DNA of 64,000 nucleotides from Gordius albopunctatus (lineage: Eukaryota). Each line of letters begins with the position of its first letter. Within the stretch, counting starts at the first letter, position 1. The DNA lies in NCBI GenBank assembly GCA_964276515.1, contig OZ193910.1, positions 5,022,001-5,086,000 of the forward strand, in the 5' to 3' direction. Under the pieces are notes generated by a model, which searched no databases, had not been told where the DNA came from, and saw only the letters and a program-made list of their open reading frames with translations. A program made the translations under genes and the position numbers. Shown in pieces: positions 39,645 through 64,000 of this stretch.

Positions 39645-41393
39645 TTAGAGTATTTGTCCAAATTTCGAATATTTGCCTTAGACCTGAGTTTAGGTGATAT
39701 ATTGTCTTTCCTTAGAGTTTAGACTATGGTTATATTCAGCCGGTATAATAAATTTTGTTTTTTTGCCGCGAATCTAGCTTCCTACTAATCATAGGGACAT
39801 TTAAATTGCTTGTTATAATAATTAATGCTTAATAAGTATTACTTATATTTAGTTATATTGTTAATTTATTGATGAATTTTAACAATCATCTTTTCACATA
39901 ATATGGTAGGTTTAAAAAATATAAGTTACCGAAATAAAAATAAATGATATGATGATTATATATTGGAAAATGTCAAACTCTTAAAAAATTATACTTTGGC
40001 CAATAATCATTTTTTTCATTGGTCAGCAGCCAGGACACAATCAAAAAGTCATATTATCAATGGTATTAACAAAAACAAACGGAAAAAAATTTAAAATCAC
40101 AATTTGGACAATGGTCATTTTTTCATTGGTCAGTAGCCAGGACAATTTCAAAAAGTCATATTATGAATGGTATCAACAAGACCAACATATTAATTTAAAA
40201 AAAATATAAAAAATTTGTCCTCTCCGGGATTCGAACCCACATCAGTAGAGGGGTAAGATTTTGTGGGAGGGGCACAGGGACCCATATCAGTAGAGGCATA
40301 GGTAATTATCAATGCTAACCTAATAAATTAATAGCAATTCAAAAAGCAAAAAAATTTCGAATCACAATTTGGCCAATCTAGGGGTTGATTGACGCAAAAG
40401 TTTGCCTTGACCGTTGTTTGTAGCTTTCACATATGCCCAACGTATTTATTAATTCCTGATGCACATTGCACGTCTTCATATTTCACAACCACATTTCTTC
40501 ATCCTTCTGTATGCCTTGTCTAAATACAAACTAATTTCCAATTATAAGGATGTTAATAAACCGTGTCCACTATGCTCCCAAAAAATAAAATTATTTGCAC
40601 AAAAAATTGTTTTCACTAAAAAACGTTAGAAACAAGATCGGTATCGTTTTAAGCAAATCCTTATAAGGTGGTGGAAGCCAAGTGTTGTTCAAACACAGTT
40701 AATGTTGAACGTGGCCTTCAGTTGATTTCATATTTGAAAATAAGAATTTTGAATTCTTTCAAGACACCCACAACGGTCGTGTGCATTATGATGATTACAA
40801 CGTTTCATTTTTGATCGAAGGTGTCTTCCATGTTTTATAGCCGGAACCATGGGCAAAGCCAGCATGGGGATCAGAGGGGAGCAATAATGTTTGAGGGAGG
40901 GACAAAATGATCATTTTTTTAAATTTTAGCCATAAATTTGTAGGCCCCCCCCTAGGCAACGCAAATGGCCGGAACCATATATTCAACATTTTTGATATTT
41001 GCATATAGCCGATCAGAGCGACTTTTTCTTTAGTAAGTTTCAAGATTTTTATTGCATTTTAACAAACTGTTGATGGCCAAAGTAAATGGTACGGTTATCT
41101 TCCCCTTCCTCATTATTTTTTCGTGGTACCGTTCGTATCCACCTCAAATTTAAAATTTTTACATTAATCAACCTATTCAATTTAGTTGTCAAAATTTAAT
41201 ATTAGTTGTGCATTTAAAAGTCTGCTCTGTGTATCTCATTTGGCTAAATATTGTTTGTTAATAACCCTAATTTATCATGAGACGATAGATAAACAAGTCA
41301 AATAGTTATAACAATTTGTAGCCACTTTATTTATATTTTTTTATCAAAAGCCCCGATAATAAAAAAGGTAAATTGAGATAGTTTATGATGCTT

Positions 41394-56839
<15,446 letters not shown>

Positions 56840-57812
56840 CAAAGCATGTGCAACGCATGGAATTTAGCAAGTGGATACATCCTACAATATATTGCCGGTG
56901 GGCTATAAACAAATTCTTGACGTTTAACATCTTACTACGTTTTGCCATTTACAGTGTCCGTTGTGGTTCTATTAGAGTTAAACCTGCTAGGTTTAGAATA
57001 ATTAACTAATAATATCACGAATTAAGGCAACCCTAACCTTAAATATTGCAAAAATAATGGAAAAAAGCTCAGGAACTTTTACTGCTAATTTTATGTGTTA
57101 TCCCCGTGTGCTTTCGTCTCTAATCAGTTAAATAAAATACACTGATACAAGATTAATAAATATTCTATTATCCATGCCTATATAACAATTACAACCCAAT
57201 AGAAGTGTCGGCTAAATCGAAAAATGCTTATTATGATTATCATAACATAAACTAAATGATGCATACTTAAAAAATTCTGCATAATTCCAATTCAATGGAT
57301 AGAAGAGATATTGTGTTACACTTAGAATTTTATTATCTTAATGGCATTCTTTAACATCTCATCATCACAGCATTTTGATTTTTTTAACAGACAAGCAAAT
57401 TGAAGCCCTCAAACATTCATCACTAAACCAATTATGAACATTCATTTTAAACAAAAAATCATTCATCATTATAAACCAACAAAAAAATACAAAGAGAAAG
57501 TGATTGATCAAATCCTCAGTATTGATTTTACTTCCAAACAACAATCATATATCATGTGCAAGCATTAATCAACTTAACTATTATCAGAAGAAACTCCATG
57601 TTTACAAACACTTTATAATGTTTCCACATCACAAAAGGTAAGCAATGTATACCTTACAAGTTTTAATATGACCTTTGTTGAATCCTTTGAGCCTTATTTT
57701 CTCCAATATCATACAATTAATAACACTTTTCCCAGATACTCTTTTGTATTATTAAACTTACAAAATTCTTATAAATCAAACAGCTTTAAAATAATCCCAA
57801 CTTTAATTTTAA

Positions 57813-60538
57813 TTGTCCAACCTCATCAAGGTTTTTTTTATTCCACATATGTTAATCTCTAAACCCCTATGCCCAACTTGTAAGCGACGAATATGCCTTG
57901 ATAAACATAATTGTTTCTGGATTCATGGCCCAGTGTCTTCAAGATGCCCTTCTCCGGGCAAATTACCTTCACTCTGCTTACCAATTCCACCCCTGGCTTC
58001 TAACTTTGAAGAAGCTCCCCTATTGCCAATTCCTATCCCCGTCATCCTCCCATCCTTACAATGCTCCCCATCAATTAATCAACCGCCTGACTCATCTTGG
58101 AGCAATTCTTTTTTAACAAACCCATTTCCTAATACTATCTCTAGAATCCCAAGAGGAGCCAGACCTTCCATCCAACAATCTCTGCTAAATATATTAACTT
58201 CCATTATCAAAAACCCTTATAACTTAACCAATTGGGACAAACTTTTTAAATTCCCATATTATATCCTTTATGTTAGGGAACCTAATGAACATAATTTATC
58301 AAGCCTCATCAAGGAATCCCTTCTGTGTTTTAATACTGATGTTCCCATCACATACACAAGTAAAACAAAACCCTTTCCACTGGAACCCACAATTAACCAA
58401 GCAGCCAAGCACATTTCAAATAAAATCCATAATTTCAAACCAAAAAGTGCCCTTAGAGCTTTTTATAATAACAACTCAATTGCCCCTTGTTGCCCTGACT
58501 TTTATAGGGAGCTTAATCAAAAACACCCAGCAGCATCCTCAGCAAGTAAATACCCCACATCTCCATCATCAATAGTGCTCAAGTCTTCAGACATCCGTGA
58601 AGCCCTTAACTCCTTTCCTTTGGACTCCGCAGCCGGACTCGACGGATGGCGCCCAGTATATCTACAAGATTTACTCAACCTGAATATTTTAAATACTGAA
58701 CCTCTTTTAAATTCTATTACTTCCTTTTTTAATATCATTGTTAATGGAAAATTTCCTCATGAAATCATCCCTATTTTATTCGGTGCAAAACTTATCGCCA
58801 TCAAAAAACCGGATAATTCCCACAATTCGTAAATTACATTTTATTAAGCTATGGTTCTACAACCAAGCTTCGATTCGGCGAATACGTCATTGACTCGTCC
58901 GAAGGCATCCAACAAGGAGACCCATTAGGCCTTCCTTTGTTTTGTTTAGCCATTCATAATTTAGTCGAGACTATATCATCTCAGTGTATCCTGGATTTAA
59001 ATGTTTGGTATCTCGACGACGCCACCCTATGTGGCCGCCCGGAGGAGATCAGTAAAGCTATACAAATTATCAACAATTTTAAACCCACTCTGAATCTTAC
59101 ATTAAACTCGAAAAAATGGGAAATATTTCAGGCCCCCAACACTATTGACTTTCCAATTTTTAAACCTTTTTTAGTTTTAGAGAAGGAAAACATATCCCTT
59201 TTGGGATCACCCATTGGCGGTGAAAAATCTCTCTTAAATTTTCTTCATAAGAACCTTGAAATTTTAAAATCTAAAACGGAACTTTTAAAATGCTTGCCAG
59301 CGCATCACTCATTTTACATAATCAAAAACTATTTTAACATCTCAAAGATTAATCATTGTTTTCGCTCATCTGGTGCATTTTTACACCCAGACGTTTTAAA
59401 GTCGTACGAAGGCTTTTTAAAAACGTTATTAGAAAAAATTTTAAATTTAAAATTTAATACTAACAATTGGATTCAAGCATCCCTCCCAACCAAATCTGGA
59501 GGATTAGGAATTCGCCCTCCCGGCAGCATATCGCTAGCCGCTTTTATTTCCTCTTTTAAGTCGGTCCAAAACTTAATTTTTAATCTCATAAAACATGATT
59601 CCGACCCCCTGCTAACTCAAGCCTTGGAGCTTTGGAATTTAAATGTTACACCCGAGACCATCCAACCTCAAAGTACGAGACAAAAGGATTGGGATTCTGG
59701 ACTAGTATCGCGCTCCGTTGATTACCTCTTATCGAGCAGCGATGATAGCCAGCATTACAACCTTAGGTCCCTCGTTTTTGACGGTTCCGGTCACGAGTGG
59801 CTTGAAGCCTATCCCAGCAAACGTTTGGGAATGCTGCTTGAAGACTTTGAGCTATCATATTCCATAGCTTTAAGGTTGGGGATTAGTTACAGCAGAGAAT
59901 TTAACTGTCAAAACTGCCTTACCGTTGTAGACGAATATGCTAGGCACCCTCTACACTGCCTAGCAAACAAATATAAATACGTTAGGCACACTAAAGCTAA
60001 TTTATTAATTCAAGCTGCCCTTAAAAAGGCCAAAATCCCCTCAATCCTTGAGCCGTCCGATCCCTCCCTTGAAGGTAGGATGCGCCCTGACGGCTCTTCT
60101 CTAGTCCCCTGGCAAAATGGCCTATCCATCAAATGGGATTTTACTTGTATTGACCTTTTTGCCCCTTCCCATTTTAATTACGACCCTATCGCTACAGAAG
60201 AAGGGCGTAAAACTACAAAGTATTCTGCCCTTTTGGCATCCAATATTTTTATCCCTGTCGTTGCCACGTGCTCCGGTTCCTTTGGCAAACAGGCAATGGG
60301 GTTTTTTAAAGAAATCGGAAAACGCACCCCGAAATCTAAAATTTCTGCATCCTTTTTACTCAGGCAACAACTAGGGATTCTTGTTGCACGATACAACTTT
60401 AAATCCTTTGCCGACTCATGGCCCATTTTAGAAGAGAATGATATAGATTTTTGTATTTAACCAATATGTCTTTATTTTTGTATTTCGCTTATTAATGTAA
60501 CTTTGTTTCTTGAAAATAAACTTTTTAACAAAAAAAAA
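57813..60538 (+). mobile_element. CRE-like non-LTR retrotransposon (RT plus restriction-like endonuclease) with an internal deletion
   Basis: N-terminal CxxC..HGP..C finger; SAAGLDGWRP, GIQQGDPLG, WYLDD, GGLGIR, CQNC..H..HC, RH, RPDG..WDFT; AATAAA plus A-tail at ~60515-60538. Confidence 0.9.
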
Positions 60539-60649
60539 TTTATTTCTATACTCTGCTTATAAGGTGTTATAGTGGCTAATTAAAATTATATACGCCTGTA
60601 ACGAGATTAGAGTTGGTTTTTCACACATCTCCGAGATATTATAGATACT

Positions 60650-61920
60650 CAGTGGCCTAAATAGGGTGAGGCTAAGACGGCCAAGGTCTACCCAAGAGCA
60701 AATCCTGGCCCCTTCGGCCCTCCTCAAGAGAAAAATCTTAGCCCCTTCGCCCCCACCCCCAAGCTAAAATTCGAATATTAAAATTTTTTAATAAAAATTT
60801 GTAATAATAATCTTTTTATTGTTTTCCAAATAAACTAGCCGAGTTATTTTGAATTAATTGATTTCAGTCTTACCCTTCGTTTTCCAATAATAAACAATAC
60901 AAATACTTAGCTTCAAATAATAACTTGAATCCAATAAATAAGGGGTATAATAGTCTGAATTTATAATGTATTTTATTTTTTTTAATAAGTGAAGGTCAGA
61001 AGGCTGTGAAAATACAAAGTGCTATAATTCATTTAATCCAAATTAATTGTAAATAGCCAAAAAAATCAATGCCTTGCTTGCCTTAGCATGATAATTCTCG
61101 TTAAAGCCGCGATAGGATGACACGAGTTGCAAGTGTTTTTTTTTCATTTAGCCTCAACCAAGTCTAGACATCTTTTTTAAATCGCTATTTTTGGCAGCTT
61201 TTTTATCACAAATTAGGCCAAGCTCTATTAGACAAGATTGTTGAAAGAAATTCCCAACTTTTTTGTATATTTATTTGCCAGTTGAAATTAATGACGTAAA
61301 GAATTTCCTCAATACTCATTTAGCTTTCAATTTTTAGGGATAAAGGGTAAATAATACATTAACTTCTATCCGTATAATTGATTTCACATTGTATTACGAT
61401 GGTTTGATTTAAATAATCAAAATTTATTAAACTAAAATATATTGCACAATGAAAGGTCTCTGTTTTATAAAGGTAATAAAATACTGTCAAGGTTCCCAAC
61501 CATGAGATCCTGCTTTTAAGAGCATGAAATATTTTGAAGATTATTATTTTTTGTTATGGTTATGCCCGATGAGGATGCAACACCTTATTGCTAAATCGTT
61601 ATTTGATAAGAATTGAAAAGATAGGAACTTTAGCGAATTTGGATTATGGATAGTTGTACCCAGAAAATACATAAAAGAGCAGTTGACCATTTTAGTAAAA
61701 TAACAAACAATTATAGAATGATGATTTTAGTCGTCATATACGTCCTCCTTGCATAATGTTAAGTTTCGGGCCTCTGCAAGAGTAAACCCTGGCTAAGCCA
61801 CTAGGGAAGCTGACCATCAATGCGTATGAAGGAAATAATGTTCATAGCAGTTAACCCTTCCCCACTTGTGTGAAATTAATGGTTGGTCCCCCCAAGGAAA
61901 AAATGCTAGCTATGCCACTG
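60650..61920. mobile_element. Degenerate hAT-like element (CAGTGGC...GCCACTG)
   Basis: 7-bp TIR and C/G-tract subterminal motifs; TSD only partial. Confidence 0.5.
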
Positions 61921-62387
61921 GGTACTCTTAAGAACATTGTAATAAATTTTGGCTATTATGAGAGAATAGAAACCTAAAATTTCTCTGTGACTAAAAAAAC
62001 CCTAAAATAGAAAGACCTTCATTAGGTTTTTAGATGGTTTTTAGATGTCAAAAAGGATGCTTAAAATTACGCATTTTTCTAACTATATGTCCAATATATT
62101 CCTAAACGCTGTAAAAACCTGAATATAAAAGTTTTTGCAGGTCCAATTTTTTTAATTTTAACCAATAAGCATCTTAAGGTGGTAAACTGATATTATATAG
62201 CTGTGTTGTTTATCCACAACTTCTACATTTATCAACAATCTAATTTACGAGACCCTTATGTGTTTTGTCATTTTGGGTGTCTTTGAAAGCAAAAGACAGG
62301 TCTTATTTGATTAAAAGACAAATTTGGAGCTAATTCATGCGTAAATTATGTCATATATGTGGATATATCAAAGATGAATAGTGTATC

Positions 62388-64000
62388 TGTTAGGGGCTGA
62401 TATTTATTCACGTAAACTATTAGGGGTGTGATACAAAAACACGACGAAAAAGTGTCCTGGCGTATATATCCAACGCCTTTATATGTTACAACCAATTAAC
62501 GCTAATTGATCGCCAACGCGCATGTAAATAACATCAACACGCAGGTAACTATCGTATCCCTGGAGGCACTTTATCTCTCTACAGTTCCCCCCTTTTCACA
62601 AAGATAAGGCCTTAGGTAGCTTAGGGCCTGTCGTACCCGGCGTGGGTATCTAACATCAGGCGGGGCATTGTTAAGCTCCGGATCCATGGGAGCGACACTG
62701 TGTTACCCCGCTCCTGTAGCGGCACTGACATTCGGAACCGTTGGCAGGGGACCCTGACTAAACGCCGTTGGTAAGGGTTCGCATCACCTGACCCGTTCGC
62801 GAGTGTAACCCGATGCGGCCAACCATTTTCGTGTCCGCCCATTCTCCAGTCCAATATTTTCCTTCGTCTCACTTGATCTAAATGTCGATGGTGGCTTCTC
62901 CCTAGGGCCTTAACGTCGAACGAGCGCGTCCCGCGCTTGGAAATAATGGTGCCCTCCACCCATTTATCGGGCTCCAGGAACATAAGCACCCACACTGGGT
63001 CTCCGACGTCGAACCCTTGCGCCCTTTTTGCATCTCTCCCCCGGGGGATGCTAGGTTCTCTTGATACTTCCCTTGACTCGTGCAGCTTAGGTAGGTACTT
63101 TTTGTAGCGTAGCCTTGGACCGACTAATACTGTTGTACCGCGCGTACCCCTAATCCACTCCCAGCGCTGCCGTAAAGTCCCATCGCTGGCGGTGTACTGT
63201 CGTATAACGTTCCGTGCGATGGACGCGTTCGCGGTATCCTCTAGTACCTCTTCGGTAACTTGGAACGCATGCTTGCTTGGTCGTATCGCCACAACAATGA
63301 CTGCGTCATCCTTACCCTTGATGGCAGCCATGGATCGACCTTGATCTTGGTCCGATTTCGCATTCCTAGAGCGAGTCTTATTGGGGTTGAGTGGGATTAC
63401 AGATTGTTTCTGAGACGAGGAGCCAGGATCCCTAGAAACTCCTTGCGGCGGTGCTAGGCTGTTTGGTTGTTGTGGTAACTGACCCATCGAACCGGGTTGC
63501 TGTTGGTCGGGGGAGAAAACTGGGCCCGGCATTAAGACGTGTGGAAAAATCCAGCTACCGGATGGCCTACCCATTGGGCCCCCACCGAAGGAATGCATTT
63601 GACTATCTTGCATCCCGATACTCACGGGATCGCTAGGTCTCGGCTCTTTCGGGACCTTCTCCTCGACGAAATTCACAACGTATTGCTCCATGACGGCTCG
63701 CGAACTCCATCGGGCTAGTTCCCATTCGTCCTTTCCGAACTCTTTAATCCAGTTCGTCCCGAGTAACGGCGGTCTCTTCACATCCGCCACCAGCATCGAC
63801 AGGCGCTTTCGGTTTGGAACCAGCCGGACCTCGGCTGTTACGTCCCCGATAATCTTTATCCCCTCGCCGCCAAACGCATACGCGGCAGGTGTCGAGTTTG
63901 CTTGCACGGGTAAGCGTTTCTTCCACACGTTGGCCGGTACGATTGTAACGGTGGATCCCGTGTCCATAAGCAAAGTTATTAAGATGTTATTGACAAATAC
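62388..64000 (-). mobile_element. Gypsy-like LTR retroelement 3' part: protease-to-integrase-C-terminus ORF (62621-63973+), PPT, 3' LTR 62388-62583
   Basis: LMDTGS...LLGTNWI aspartic protease; FDVGDPVWV...KWVEGTI...RHLDQVRRR; PPT GAAAAGGGGGGAAC; LTR TGTAGAG...AATAAA...TAACA; runs off the window. Confidence 0.9.

Overview
AT-rich eukaryotic (invertebrate animal-like) genomic DNA, not prokaryotic. Four spliced host genes, all on the minus strand, can be rebuilt exon by exon: BRIX1 (6410-7579), a POT1-like telomere ssDNA-binding gene (12892-17073), a carboxypeptidase E-like M14B peptidase (20925-28477) and glycyl-tRNA synthetase GARS (41394-56839). Most of the rest is transposon-derived: hAT elements and MITEs with 8-bp TSDs (several nested, one a large foldback), two Helitrons, a DINE-1/Helentron-like element with internal tandem repeats, MULE and piggyBac relics, a CRE-like non-LTR retrotransposon, and two copies of a Gypsy-like LTR family. 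The most notable observations: POT1 appears to have lost its C-terminal domain, with decayed exon-like remnants left in an intron; GARS has a U12-type intron with apparent AT-AA ends, two in-frame starts and no WHEP domain; an intronless, kinase-only FGFR-like pseudogene lies inside a CPE intron; one LTR-element ORF keeps protease and the integrase C-terminus but lacks RT/RNase H/integrase core; and a CpG-poor, tiny-intron zone recurs just downstream of each gene start. All calls come from manual reading; no database searches were run.
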